Made by a program: the position numbers and the translations under genes
The notes under the pieces: model-generated
Seen by the model: only the letters and a program-made list of their open reading frames with translations
Told to the model about the DNA's origin: nothing
The model's database searches: none
NCBI GenBank assembly: GCA_963726245.1
Contig: CAVSBT010000001.1
Location: 1 to 44,166 of the forward strand
Direction of reading: 5' to 3'
Length of the DNA: 44,166 nucleotides
Source of the DNA: an uncultured Chloroflexia bacterium
Lineage (GTDB): Bacteria; Chloroflexota; Dehalococcoidia; DSTF01; JALHUB01
Shown here: positions 29,862-39,950 of the stretch, in pieces
How the letters are laid out: each line of letters starts with the position of its first letter
Numbering within the stretch: position 1 is the first letter of the stretch

Positions 29862-30146
29862 GGCCTGCCCGAAGGCCGGCCTTTAGGCCCGCACGGCCGC
29901 CAGGCTAAGGCCTGGCCTTCGGAGTTTGTGTTCCTCCGACGCTACTCACCACATTCGCCCCCGTTGCTCCCAGCGGGCAACGGGGGCGCCTTGTGTTGGT
30001 TCATCCCTGAGGGTTGAAACCCTCAGCTTCGAGGAAGCTGCGCCCGCCTGCCGACGGGCAGGGATTGCGATCCGCAGCAGTCGGTTGTGATTCCCGATGA
30101 CCTTCAGGCCGACGCGGCTGCCAGGCTGAAGCCTGGCCTTCGGAGT
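29858..30146. repeat. Dense REP/hairpin cluster (mainly GAAG-tagged)
   Basis: cgaaggccggcctttaggcccgc; gccaggctaaggcctggccttcggag; cccccgttgc..gcaacggggg; cctgagggttgaaaccctcagcttc (30006); gccaggctgaagcctggccttcggag. Confidence 0.75.
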
Positions 30147-30277
30147 CATGGGTTCCAAGGTCCCCCAGGTTCCCAGGTTCCAGGACTCCTCACCTAAAGC
30201 CCCCGCTTATCCTTCCGACGTATTATAATTAGGGCGACGGCGTGACTGCTTAGTGCCGGCGCCGTCGGAGGAATGGG

Positions 30278-31138
30278 ATGAACAACCTGAAGACTGTGTT
30301 CCTGTTTGGTCTCCTGACCGCGGTACTGGTCGGCATCGGCTGGGCCATCGGCGGCTATGGAGGAATGGTCGCCTTCCTGGTCATCGCCGGGGTGATGAAC
30401 TTCGTGGGCTTCTGGTTCTCGGACAAGCTTGCACTGCGCATGTCAGGCGCCCACGAGGTGACGATGCAGCAGGAGCCGCGGCTGCACTCGCTCATCGAGG
30501 AGGTGGCGGCGCGCGCCGGCATGCCCAAGCCAAAGGTGTACGTCATCGAGAACGATACGCCGAACGCTTTCGCCACCGGTCGCAACCCCAAGCATGCGGC
30601 GGTGGCGGCGACCAGAGGCATCATGCAACTGCTTGACGAGCGAGAGCTGCGGGGCGTCGTCGGCCACGAGCTGTCTCACGTGCGCAACCATGACATCCTC
30701 ATCAACACGATGGTGGCGACGGTGGCCGGCGCTATCACCATGATCGCCTGGATGCTCCAGTGGTCGCTCATCTTCGGCGGCGGAAGGCGGGACCGCAACA
30801 ACCCGCTGGGCATGATAGCGATGCTCGCCACGATCATCCTGGCGCCCTTGGCCGCGACCCTGATCCGGCTCGCCATCTCGCGGTCGCGGGAGTACGAGGC
30901 GGACGCGAGCGGTGCGCGCCTGGTCCACGACCCGGACGCGCTGGCCAGCGCCCTGGAGAAGCTGCACATTGGGGTGCAGCGCCAGCCCATGGCGGACAGC
31001 GCGGTCACCGAGGCCACGGCCCACATGTACATCGTCAACCCGCTGAAGGCCGAGGGAATCGCCACCCTCTTCAGCACCCACCCGCCGATCGAAGAGCGGG
31101 TAGCCCGTTTGCATCGCATGGCCCGGACCGGCTACTAA
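30278..31138 (+). CDS. htpX: Zinc metalloprotease HtpX
   Basis: PNAFATGRNP, HELSH (HExxH), ISRSREYEAD, FSTHPPIEER. TATAAT at 30224. Confidence 0.95.
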   Translation: MNNLKTVFLFGLLTAVLVGIGWAIGGYGGMVAFLVIAGVMNFVGFWFSDKLALRMSGAHEVTMQQEPRLHSLIEEVAARAGMPKPKVYVIENDTPNAFATGRNPKHAAVAATRGIMQLLDERELRGVVGHELSHVRNHDILINTMVATVAGAITMIAWMLQWSLIFGGGRRDRNNPLGMIAMLATIILAPLAATLIRLAISRSREYEADASGARLVHDPDALASALEKLHIGVQRQPMADSAVTEATAHMYIVNPLKAEGIATLFSTHPPIEERVARLHRMARTGY

Positions 31139-31272
31139 CCTGAATCGAAAGGCACGTTGAGTGACGAGGGGGCGCCGCGGCGCCCCTTCGCTGTGCTGCC
31201 AAGCTGCACCACACCCCGTGACCATAGCTTCCAATCCGGCTATCATAGGCTGAGGCGCATTCGGAGAGATTG

Positions 31273-31914
31273 ATGGAGATCGTCTGGTTGGGCCACTCGT
31301 GCTTCCGGCTGCGGGCCCGTGAGGCGGCCATCCTCACGGATCCCTGTCCTAAGAGCACCGGCTACAACATGGGGCGCCCCACGGCCGACATTGTTACGGT
31401 GAGCCACGACCACGAAGGCCACAGCGCCGTAGAGGGCGTGGCGGGGTCACCACGCGTGGTGCGCGGCCCCGGCGAGTACGAGATGGCCGGCGTCCTCATC
31501 ACCGGCATCCGTACCTACCACGACAACCAGCGGGGCGCTCAACGGGGCGTGAACATCGCCTTCATCATCGAGGCGGAGAACCTGCGTCTGTGCCACCTGG
31601 GGGACCTGGGTCACCTGCCGACGCCGGAGCAGGTGGAGGCCATGGGCGGCATCGACATCCTGCTCGTGCCGGTGGGCGGCGCCAACACCCTGGGCGCCAC
31701 CGCCGCCGCCGAAACCGTGAGCCTGCTCGAGCCCAAGCTGGTCATCCCCATGCACTACGCCACGCCCGCCACCACCCGGACGCTGGACCCTCTGGACCGC
31801 TTCCTCAAGGAGGCGGGCGCTTCGCCCACTCTCACCCCTCAGCCACGCCTCTCGGTCAGCCACGGCAGCCTTCCCCACGAAACCCAGGTCGCCGTTCTGG
31901 ACTACAAGCGATAG
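31273..31914 (+). CDS. MBL-fold metallo-hydrolase (Lactamase_B_3-like)
   Basis: WLGHSCFRL, TDP, VSHDHEGH, HLGDLG, PVGG, IPMHY. Confidence 0.9.
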   Translation: MEIVWLGHSCFRLRAREAAILTDPCPKSTGYNMGRPTADIVTVSHDHEGHSAVEGVAGSPRVVRGPGEYEMAGVLITGIRTYHDNQRGAQRGVNIAFIIEAENLRLCHLGDLGHLPTPEQVEAMGGIDILLVPVGGANTLGATAAAETVSLLEPKLVIPMHYATPATTRTLDPLDRFLKEAGASPTLTPQPRLSVSHGSLPHETQVAVLDYKR

Positions 31915-31956
31915 GCTTGGGCCTAACCGCGGGCCGTCTCGCTGACCCCGGCGCGG

Positions 31957-32094
31957 GGTAGTGGGTCAGTTTGACAGGCGAGTGGTGCTTATCGCCAAGT
32001 CTGCCAGGCCTCGAAAGCCGCCTGAGTCTCAGCTAGGACAGTTTTCCAGTCGCGATTGACTGGATCAACGCCAAACTCTAACTGACCCACTACC
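31957..32094. mobile_element. 138-bp MITE with 18-bp TIRs and 8-bp target-site duplication
   Basis: TIRs GGTAGTGGGTCAGTTTGA / TCTAACTGACCCACTACC (1 mismatch), flanked on both sides by CGGCGCGG (31949-31956 and 32095-32102). Confidence 0.9.
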
Positions 32095-32185
32095 CGGCGC
32101 GGGTTCAAGTTGCCGTCCGCCAGGCCAAGCTGTTATCCTTCGCGGAACGAGCCGTTCCAGGAGGCGCCGCGGTGGGTGAGACTCG

Positions 32186-33037
32186 ATGCTGCTGACGATT
32201 AGGATCGGGCTGAACCCGGATCTATTCAGAGTCGGGGGCTTGCTGGTCACCTGGCACGGGCTGATCACGGCGGCCGCTATCGTGGCGGGCGTCAGCCTGG
32301 CGGTGAACTTGGGCAAGCGCTTCAACTACGAGGAAGACGTTGCCTACAGCGTGGCCTTTGCCGGTGTGGCCGGGGGCATCGTCGGCGCCCGCGCCCTCTA
32401 CGTAATGGAGAACTGGAAGTCGATGGAAATGCCCTGGGAGATGTTCCGCGTGACCGAGGGCGGCATCTCCATTTGGGGTGCGATCATCGGCGGCATCGTC
32501 TGTGGCCTGGCATACGGCCTCTGGCGCCGTCTTGTCCCCTGGCGCGGGTTGGACGTCGGCGCCATGGGCCTGATCCTCGGTATGGCCGTCGGCCGGATCG
32601 CCTGCCTGGTGACCGGGGACACCTTCGCGAAGAGTTCCCACCTGCCCTGGGCAGTGGAGTACACCAACGTCCACAGCCCGGGCTTTGGCTACGGCCCGCA
32701 GCACCCGGCCGTGGCCTACGAGATGATCGGCGATTTCTTGATCCTGGGCATCATAGCCCTTATGGTGCTCCGGCTCCGGCTCAAAGCGGGCTGTGCCTTC
32801 GCCTCTTTGCTGGTGCTGTATTCGCTGATGCGCTTCGGCGTCAGCTACCTGCGGGTCGACAGCGCCTTCGTCATCAAGGACTGGATCACCGTTCCTCAGT
32901 TCGTGTCTATCCTCGGCCTGGGCGCCGGCTTGCTCACCATGGCCGTGGTACGCCTCCGTCCCGCCTCCTGGCCGGAGCAACCGGAACCGGCGCTGCCTGC
33001 CGTCCCCGCCGCGCGATCAGGACCAAAGCCCGCATAG
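32186..33037 (+). CDS. lgt: Prolipoprotein diacylglyceryl transferase
   Basis: VTWHGL, GIVGARALYV, GGISIWGAIIGG, MAVGRIACL, HPAVAYE, YSLMRF. Confidence 0.9.
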   Translation: MLLTIRIGLNPDLFRVGGLLVTWHGLITAAAIVAGVSLAVNLGKRFNYEEDVAYSVAFAGVAGGIVGARALYVMENWKSMEMPWEMFRVTEGGISIWGAIIGGIVCGLAYGLWRRLVPWRGLDVGAMGLILGMAVGRIACLVTGDTFAKSSHLPWAVEYTNVHSPGFGYGPQHPAVAYEMIGDFLILGIIALMVLRLRLKAGCAFASLLVLYSLMRFGVSYLRVDSAFVIKDWITVPQFVSILGLGAGLLTMAVVRLRPASWPEQPEPALPAVPAARSGPKPA

Positions 33038-33059
33038 CGCATTTTCGACATCATATGCT

Positions 33060-33087
33060 GAAGGCCAGGCTTGCAAGCCTGGCCTTC
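33060..33087. repeat. GAAG-tagged palindrome between convergent lgt and M23 genes
   Basis: gaaggccaggcttgcaagcctggccttc. Confidence 0.75.
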
Positions 33088-33112
33088 GAGGTCAATCGCG
33101 TCCCTTGCGGGA

Positions 33113-34330
33113 CTAGGGTAAGTAGCTCAGCGGGTCCTCTCGGGTGCCGTTGTCGATGACCTCGAAGTGGAGGTGGTTGCCGGTGCAGTACCCCGTGCAG
33201 CCGCCGTAGCCGAGGACGGTGCCCTGCGACACCTGCTGGCCCTGCGCGACGTTGATGCTGCTCAGGTGCGCGTAGAGGGTCTCGATGCCGCCCGGGCTGA
33301 CGACGACGACGTGGAGCCCGTAGGAGCAGCAGGGGTCACCGCCGGCCAAGGTAACGACGCCGGAGGTGGCGGCCGCTATGGGCGCATTCGGGTTGTTGTA
33401 GAGGTCGATGTCAATGCCCAGGGGATGAGACGGGCCCATGTAGCTGGAGATGGGCCCGCTAGTGGGCCAGATCAGGCCCGCAGAGGGGGTAACGGGCGCC
33501 GCTGACGGCGCACCCGGCGCGGCAGCCATGTCCCCGGTGGCCGGCTGCGTGGACGCTACCGCCGCGGCCGCTGGCGTGGGCGCCGGTGGTGGCGGCACCG
33601 TCCCGCCTGGCACAAAGACGAGCTGCTTCTCGTGGATGTCATCCGGCGTCTTGATGCCGTTCGAGGTGAACGTGGTTATGGCGTTCAGGTCCACGGAGTA
33701 GCGGGACGCGAGGTCGCTGAGAGTCTCCCCCAGCCTCACCTCGTGAATCACGCCGTCCGCGGACGGGATCCGCAGTTGCTGCCCCAAAGCCAGGAAGTCC
33801 TTGTCACTAATCTCGACGTTGTTCGCAATGATCGACTCAGGCTGGAGACCAAACCGAGCGGCAATGGTGCTGACCGTGTCGCCGAGCTGAACGTCATAGA
33901 TGGTGAAGATGGGCGGCGGCTCCGGGATTGTCGCCGGGGGAGTCGCCACGGGCTCCAGGATCGTCGCCGCGGCGGGAGTCGCTCCCGGCTCCGGGGTCAC
34001 GGCGGAGGCGTAGACGCGGCCGACCGGCTCCTCCGCTTGGTGGGTCGGGGTCATGCTCTCCAGTTGGGTCACCTCCTGGGAGAACCCCACGCTCTCTGCC
34101 AGCGCCTCCGGTGTTATCACCGGGTTGAAGCCCTTGGGAATGGCGGCAGCCACCCCCGGCAGCGAGAGTCCGGTCACGGGATTGGCACTAGAATGGGAAA
34201 CGGAGAACAGGTGGCCAGGGGCAAGAGTCGTGGAAAGAACAGAACCCACAACGAGCAAGAGGATGAGCCCGTGGATGAAGGGTCTGCGGTTTCCCTTTAC
34301 GTGGGGCAGGGCCGGCGGCGAAGCGTTCAC
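33113..34330 (-). CDS. LysM-domain (x2) M23 family peptidase
   Basis: N-terminal hydrophobic segment, YDVQLGDTVSTIA and HEVRLGETLSDLA LysM repeats, HPLGIDID, TLYAHL, HLHFEV. Confidence 0.9.
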   Translation of the reverse strand: MNASPPALPHVKGNRRPFIHGLILLLVVGSVLSTTLAPGHLFSVSHSSANPVTGLSLPGVAAAIPKGFNPVITPEALAESVGFSQEVTQLESMTPTHQAEEPVGRVYASAVTPEPGATPAAATILEPVATPPATIPEPPPIFTIYDVQLGDTVSTIAARFGLQPESIIANNVEISDKDFLALGQQLRIPSADGVIHEVRLGETLSDLASRYSVDLNAITTFTSNGIKTPDDIHEKQLVFVPGGTVPPPPAPTPAAAAVASTQPATGDMAAAPGAPSAAPVTPSAGLIWPTSGPISSYMGPSHPLGIDIDLYNNPNAPIAAATSGVVTLAGGDPCCSYGLHVVVVSPGGIETLYAHLSSINVAQGQQVSQGTVLGYGGCTGYCTGNHLHFEVIDNGTREDPLSYLP

Positions 34331-34641
34331 CAGCCCTCTTGAGAGCGTCCAACGCAGCCTTGCAGAAGGACGCTGGCCGAGCGTGCCTCTAATGCTCTGG
34401 GCCTCCTACTCTAGGCGAGACCCCTGTCTCACCGTCCTGCCGGTACCCCGCCCGATAAACACACCGCAAGCATTTTACACCATGTTGTCAAGGGGGTCGA
34501 ACCGCGAATTCCGCGAAATATTCTTCAGGCCGAAAAAGAGATGACCCACGGGGTGCTTCTGAAGCTGCGATTCTCGGCAGGGGGCGGCGAAAAGCGCAGG
34601 AGATGGGAGACACTTGGGGACGGTGCCCAGGGGCGGCCGCT

Positions 34642-35916
34642 CTACACTTCTTGCTTGAGGGTAGTGAGGAACTCCTCGTTGGTCTGACTGCGGGCGATGC
34701 GCTCCAGGAGGCGCTCCGTGGCCTCCGTCGGGTTGGGTGAGTTGGAGCCGATAGCGGCCATCATGCGGCGCACCAGCCACACCTGCTTGAGCACGGAGTC
34801 GGGCAGCAACAGCTCCTCGCGGCGGGTGCTGCTGCGGTGAATATCGATGGACGGGAAGATGCGCTTCTCCGCCAGCCTGCGCTCCAGGTGGAGTTCCATG
34901 TTGCCCGTGCCCTTGAACTCCTCGTAGATGACCTCGTCCATGCGGCTGCCGGTGTCGACGAGGCAGGTGGCGATGATGGTCAAGCTACCGCCCTCCTCGG
35001 TGTTGCGCGCCGCTCCGAAGAAGCGCTTGGCCGGATAGAGGGCGATGGGGTCGATGCCGCCGGTGAGCGTGCGACCGCTGGGAGGCATGGCCAGGTTGTA
35101 GGCGCGGGTGAGGCGGGTGATGCTGTCGAGCAGGATCACGACGTCTTTGCCGGATTCCACCAGCCGCTTGGCCCGATCCAGCGCCATCTCCGCCACCCGG
35201 GTGTGCTCCTCCACCGGCTCATCGAAGGTCGAGGCGATGACCTCACCGTCCACGGAGCGGATCATGTCCGTGACCTCTTCCGGCCGCTCGCCGATGAGGG
35301 CCACCATGAGGTGGATGTCATCGTAGTTGTGGCTCACGCCGTTGGCGATGGCCTTGAGGAGGAAGGTCTTGCCCGCCTTGGGGGGCGAAACGATGAGACC
35401 ACGCTGCCCCCGGCCGATGGGCGAGAGAAGGTTGATAACCCGCGTGGAGAGGTTCTGAGGATCGAACTCCACGTCCAAGAGCCGGTTAGGGAAGATGGCG
35501 GTAAGGTTCTCGAAGTAGGGGCGCTGCTTGGCAACCTCCGGGTCCAGACCGTTGACCGCCTCGACGCGCAAGAGACCGTAGTACTTCTCGCTGTCCTTGG
35601 GCGGTCGCACCTGGCCGGTGACGTAGTCGCCGGTGCGCAGGGCGAAGCGACGGATCTGGGACTGGGAGACGTAGACGTCGTTGAGGCCAGGGAGCAGGCT
35701 CTCGCCGCGCAGGAAGCCGTAGCCATCGTCCACGGTCTCCAAGACGCCACCAGCGAAGAGGTTCCCATCTTTCTCGGCCTGCGCCTGGAGGAGCCGGTAG
35801 ATGAGGTCCTGCTTCCTCAGGCTGCTGAAGCCTGAGATGCCGAGCTCCTTCGCGAGCTCCATCAAGTCTTCGCGTGTTCTGGTTTCTAGTTCAGCGATGT
35901 TCACTTGGGTCGTCAC
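34642..35916 (-). CDS. rho: Transcription termination factor Rho
   Basis: [52 protein letters not shown]. Confidence 0.98.
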   Translation of the reverse strand: MTTQVNIAELETRTREDLMELAKELGISGFSSLRKQDLIYRLLQAQAEKDGNLFAGGVLETVDDGYGFLRGESLLPGLNDVYVSQSQIRRFALRTGDYVTGQVRPPKDSEKYYGLLRVEAVNGLDPEVAKQRPYFENLTAIFPNRLLDVEFDPQNLSTRVINLLSPIGRGQRGLIVSPPKAGKTFLLKAIANGVSHNYDDIHLMVALIGERPEEVTDMIRSVDGEVIASTFDEPVEEHTRVAEMALDRAKRLVESGKDVVILLDSITRLTRAYNLAMPPSGRTLTGGIDPIALYPAKRFFGAARNTEEGGSLTIIATCLVDTGSRMDEVIYEEFKGTGNMELHLERRLAEKRIFPSIDIHRSSTRREELLLPDSVLKQVWLVRRMMAAIGSNSPNPTEATERLLERIARSQTNEEFLTTLKQEV

Positions 35917-36087
35917 CCGTAGCCTGAAGTGCTGGGCTTGGCAGACACTGACAGTTCGGGGAAGTCACACGGCGCTAGGAGATGTGACCTGCCTCGAGGC
36001 AGAACTGCGCCGTCCTTAGCGGCTGGCATCATATACTAGCGCCGGTGCCAAGCGCAAGCCCCTTGAGACCTCCACCGAGAGAAAAAA

Positions 36088-36738
36088 TCACACCTGCATG
36101 TAGCGACGCGCATCGGCCAGAAAGCGGTCGATGCCCACGTCGGTCAGCGGGTGCTTGATCATGGCCTTTAGCACGGCGTAGGGCATGGTGGCGATGTGGG
36201 CGCCGGCGCGGGCCGCCGCCACCACGTGTCGCGGGTGGCGCAGGCTCGCCGCGAGCACCTGCGCCGGCAGATTGTAGCGGTCGAAGATCTCCACCGCTTC
36301 GCGCACCACTTCCATTCCATCGTGGCCGGCGTCGTCCAGGCGGCCCACGAAGGGGCTGATGTATGTAGCCCCGGCCACAGCGGCCAGCAGCGCCTGGTTG
36401 GTGGAGAAGACCAGCGTCATGTTGATGCGCACGCCCTCTTTGGCGAGGAGGGAAGTCGCCTCCAGACCGACGGCATCGCACGGTATCTTCACGACCACGT
36501 GCTCGTGCCAGGCGGCGATGGCGCGGGCCTCCTCCAGGAGACCGGGCACCTCTCGTGAGATGCACTCCGCCGACACGGGCCCCTTCACCACCTCGCAGAT
36601 CTCCACCACACGGTCTCGGTAGGCGACGCCGCCTTCCTTTGCCATGAGAGTGGGGTTGGTGGTCACTCCGGAGAGGATGCCCATGCGGGCTACCTCCCGG
36701 ATCTCGTCGATGTTGGCCGTGTCGAGGAAGATGCGCAT
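36088..36738 (-). CDS. fsa: Transaldolase / fructose-6-phosphate aldolase
   Basis: MRIFLDTAN, GVTTNPTL, VVKIP, INMTLVFS, YISPFVGRLDD, HPLTDVGI. Confidence 0.92.
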   Translation of the reverse strand: MRIFLDTANIDEIREVARMGILSGVTTNPTLMAKEGGVAYRDRVVEICEVVKGPVSAECISREVPGLLEEARAIAAWHEHVVVKIPCDAVGLEATSLLAKEGVRINMTLVFSTNQALLAAVAGATYISPFVGRLDDAGHDGMEVVREAVEIFDRYNLPAQVLAASLRHPRHVVAAARAGAHIATMPYAVLKAMIKHPLTDVGIDRFLADARRYMQV

Positions 36739-36923
36739 CTTGGAGCTTTCCAGCAGGATTATCGGCAAACCACAGGCGACTGATCAGGGGCCCGGCCTGA
36801 GGCCCCGGTGCCTACTCAGGAATTGTACCTATCGCCATCCGGTGGCGGAAGTCTCCGCCGTCCCTATATTCCTGGGATCGAGCCAGCAGGCTTCACCCTT
36901 CCGCAAAGCCGCCCGCCGGTGTG

Positions 36924-38558
36924 CTAACGACGCTGCCCTGCCGCTTCCTCGGCTATGCCGCCGGGCCGCGCTGCGATGGCTGCCCCCAGGAAGTCCCGGA
37001 ACAGCGGGTGAGGCCGGTCGGGGCGGGAGCGAAACTCCGGGTGGAACTGGGTCCCCAGCATGAAGGGGTGCCCCTCTATCTCGCAGATCTCCACCAGCTC
37101 GCCGTCCGGCGAGAGGCCGCTGGGCACCAGCCCTACCCGCGCCAGATCGTCTCGAAAGCGGTTGTTGAACTCGTAGCGGTGGCGGTGCCGCTCGGAGATC
37201 ATCTCCTCGCCGTAGGCGGCGTAGGCGCGCGTCCCGGGCACCAGGCGACAGGGATAGCTGCCCAGGCGCATCGTGCCGCCCTTGTCTCGCACCCCATGCT
37301 GCTCCGTTAGCAGGCTGATGACCGGGTACGGTGTCTCCGGGTCGAACTCGGTGGAGTTCGGGGCGTCGCTGCTGAAGGCGGTGCGCGCGGCTTCGACCAC
37401 CATCACCTGTAGGCCAAGGCAGAGGCCCAGGTAGGGGATACCCCGCGTGCGGGCGAAGCGCGCCGCGTCGATCTTGCCCTCGATGCCGCGCTCGCCGAAG
37501 CCCCCCGGCACCACGATGCCCTGTGTCGCCGCCAGGAGGCTCTCGGCGCCCTGCCGCTCCAGGGCCTCCGAGTGCACCCACTCTAGCTCGACGGCCACGT
37601 CGTGGTAGATGCCGGCGTGGATGAGCGACTCCTTGACCGACATATAGGCGTCGTGAAGCTCAACGTACTTGCCCACCATGGCCACCGTCACGCGGCCCGA
37701 GGGGTTCATGAGCCTGTCCACCAGCCGCCGCCACTCCGAGAGGTCCCGCGCGCCGGCGGGCAGGTTCAGCCGCTCGATGACGTAGTCGCCGAGGCCCATC
37801 TCCTCCAGGACCAGAGGCACCTGGTAGATGCTGGGCATGGTGCGCAGAGGCATCACAGCCCGCGGCGGCACGTCGCAGAAGAGCGAGATCTTGTCGCGGA
37901 TGTCCTGGGAGACCGGGTGATCGCTGCGGCAGACGATGACGTCGGGCTGAATGCCCATGCTGCGCAGCTCGCGGACGCTGTGCTGTGTGGGCTTGGTCTT
38001 CAGCTCGCCGGTGGAGATGTAGGGCAAGAGGGTAACGTGGATGTTCAGGGTGTCGTCGCGGCCCTCCTCGTTGCGCATCTGGCGGATGGCCTCCAGGAAG
38101 GGCTGGCCCTCGATGTCACCGACGGTGCCTCCGACCTCGACGATGACCACGTCGGCGCCGGTCTCACGCCCGACGCCGCGGATGCAGCTCTTGATCTCGT
38201 TGGTGAGGTGAGGCACAGGCTGGATGGTGCCGCCCAGGAAGTCGCCCCGGCGCTCTTTGGCGATGACCGTCTGGTAGATCTGGCCGGTGGTGACCGAGCT
38301 GCTGCGGGTGAGGTCCAGGTCGACGAAGCGCTCGTAGTGGCCGAGGTCCAGGTCCGTCTCCGCCCCGTCGCTGGTCACGAAGACCTCCCCGTGCTGGTAG
38401 GGTGACATGGTGCCGGGGTCGACGTTCAGATAGGGGTCTAGCTTCTGGATGGCGACGGAGATGTTGCGGCTCTTGAGGATGCGGCCAATAGCCGCCGTCG
38501 TTATGCCTTTGCCGACGGAGCTGACCACTCCGCCCGTCACAAATATGTACTTTGGCAT
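36924..38558 (-). CDS. pyrG: CTP synthase
   Basis: [56 protein letters not shown]. Confidence 0.98.
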   Translation of the reverse strand: MPKYIFVTGGVVSSVGKGITTAAIGRILKSRNISVAIQKLDPYLNVDPGTMSPYQHGEVFVTSDGAETDLDLGHYERFVDLDLTRSSSVTTGQIYQTVIAKERRGDFLGGTIQPVPHLTNEIKSCIRGVGRETGADVVIVEVGGTVGDIEGQPFLEAIRQMRNEEGRDDTLNIHVTLLPYISTGELKTKPTQHSVRELRSMGIQPDVIVCRSDHPVSQDIRDKISLFCDVPPRAVMPLRTMPSIYQVPLVLEEMGLGDYVIERLNLPAGARDLSEWRRLVDRLMNPSGRVTVAMVGKYVELHDAYMSVKESLIHAGIYHDVAVELEWVHSEALERQGAESLLAATQGIVVPGGFGERGIEGKIDAARFARTRGIPYLGLCLGLQVMVVEAARTAFSSDAPNSTEFDPETPYPVISLLTEQHGVRDKGGTMRLGSYPCRLVPGTRAYAAYGEEMISERHRHRYEFNNRFRDDLARVGLVPSGLSPDGELVEICEIEGHPFMLGTQFHPEFRSRPDRPHPLFRDFLGAAIAARPGGIAEEAAGQRR

Positions 38559-38579
38559 TTGCCCCTTAGAATAGACTCA

Positions 38580-38640
38580 GCGGCACCGCTTGGGGGGTGC
38601 CGCCCACCAATATCTTACGTGCGCCCCCCGAGGGTGTCAA
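38580..38640 (-). promoter_or_regulatory. pyrG promoter and leader hairpin
   Basis: Minus strand TTGACA(38640-38635)-N17-TAAGAT(38617-38612). Predicted +1 near 38605 reads GGGC, followed by hairpin GCGGCACC-CCCCAAGC-GGTGCCGC. Confidence 0.75.
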
Positions 38641-38660
38641 CAGCGCCGGCCACAGTTTTC

Positions 38661-38689
38661 TTGTGAGCCTGTGAAGCGCGCGTTATAAT
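38661..38689 (+). promoter_or_regulatory. proB promoter (divergent from pyrG)
   Basis: TTGTGA-N17-TATAAT. Confidence 0.7.
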
Positions 38690-38729
38690 TCGGGCCGACG
38701 GCGCCCCATGGGGGCGCGTCTCGCATACG

Positions 38730-39944
38730 ATGGCAGAGAAGAAGAGACGCAGCGGACCCGGCCGTGACAGCGGCGAGGCGATCACTCCTGCCGGCGAGGC
38801 GATCACTCCCGCCGGCGAGGGGCTCCGCTACCGGCGCATCATCGCCAAGTTCGGCACCAACGTCCTCACCGCCGGCACCGACCGCCTGAACCTGGAGACG
38901 ATGTCCGCCCTGGTCGGCCAGGTGGCGCGCCTGCACCGCCGGGGCGTCGACGTCATCGTGGTCACGTCGGGCGCCATCGCCGCCGGGCGCCATCGCCTGG
39001 GGCTGACGCGCGGTCGCCGCGACATGCCCTTCCGCCAGGTGCTGGCCTCAGTCGGCCAGAGCCACCTCATGCAGTCCTACGACCAGCTCTTCGCCTGGCA
39101 CGACATCGTCGTCGCCCAGGCCCTCCTCACCCGCCGCGATCTGTCCGACCGCGTGGGCTACCTGAACGCCCGCAACACCCTGCTCGCCCTGCTGGAGCTG
39201 CGCGCCATCCCCATCGTCAACGAGAACGACGCCGTGGCCGTGGAGGAGATCGAGGGCGCCAAGATCGGCGACAACGACAGCCTGTCGGCCCTGGTGGCGA
39301 ACCTGGTCGACGCCGACCTCCTGGCCCTCCTCACCGACACCGCCGGCCTCTACACCGCCGACCCGCGCCGCCACAAGGGCGCCCGCCTCATCGCCCAGGT
39401 GGACCGCATCGACGAGGAGATAGAGCGCGTCGCTCGAGGGTAGCCCGGGGGCCCCAGCTCGCGCGGCGTAGGCGGCATGGCCACCAAGGTCGAGGCCGCC
39501 CGCCTGGCCACCGCCGGCGGCGCCGACGTCGTCATCGCCGACGGCCACGAGCGCGACGTGCTGGTGCGCCTGGCCGGGGGCGAGCGCCTGGGCACCTTCT
39601 TCCCGGCCTCGACGGACCGCATGGAGAGCCGCAAGCGCTGGATGCTCTCCGGCCTGGCGACGCGCGGCCGCATCGTGGTGGACGCGGGGGCGGCGCGGGC
39701 GCTGCGACGCGAGAACAAGAGCCTCCTGCCCGCCGGCGTGCTCGACGTGGAAGGGCCCTTCGAGCGGGGCGACGCCGTCAACATCCACGCGCCGGACGGC
39801 AGGCGCATCGCCTGCGGCATCACGAACTACGACGACCGCGAGGTGGAGGCGATCCGCGGCCTGCGCTCGGACCGCATCGCCGAGGCGCTGGGCCACGAGT
39901 ACGGCGCCGAGGTCGTGCACCGCGACAACCTGGTGCTGCTGTGA
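38730..39944 (+). CDS. proB: Glutamate 5-kinase with PUA domain (in-frame TAG at 39441)
   Basis: IIAKFGTNVL, VTSGAIAAG, PIVNENDAV, GDNDSLSA, GGMATKVEAA, EVVHRDNLVL. Both ORF halves are in the same frame. Confidence 0.92.
38771..38820 (+). repeat. 21-bp tandem repeat (about 2.4 copies) in the proB 5' end
   Basis: cggcgaggcgatcactcctgc cggcgaggcgatcactcccgc cggcgagg, encoding GEAITPA repeats. Confidence 0.85.
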
Positions 39945-39950
39945 TGCCCG

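Noticed and set aside
34331-34470. c-di-AMP riboswitch upstream of the LysM/M23 gene
   Set aside because: The expected conserved segments were not recognisable by eye. An Rfam scan would be needed to exclude it fully.
39441-39443. Pyrrolysine or stop-codon reassignment
   Set aside because: TAG ends many genes here (htrA, TetR, hydratase, both ACADs), and no pyl genes are seen.
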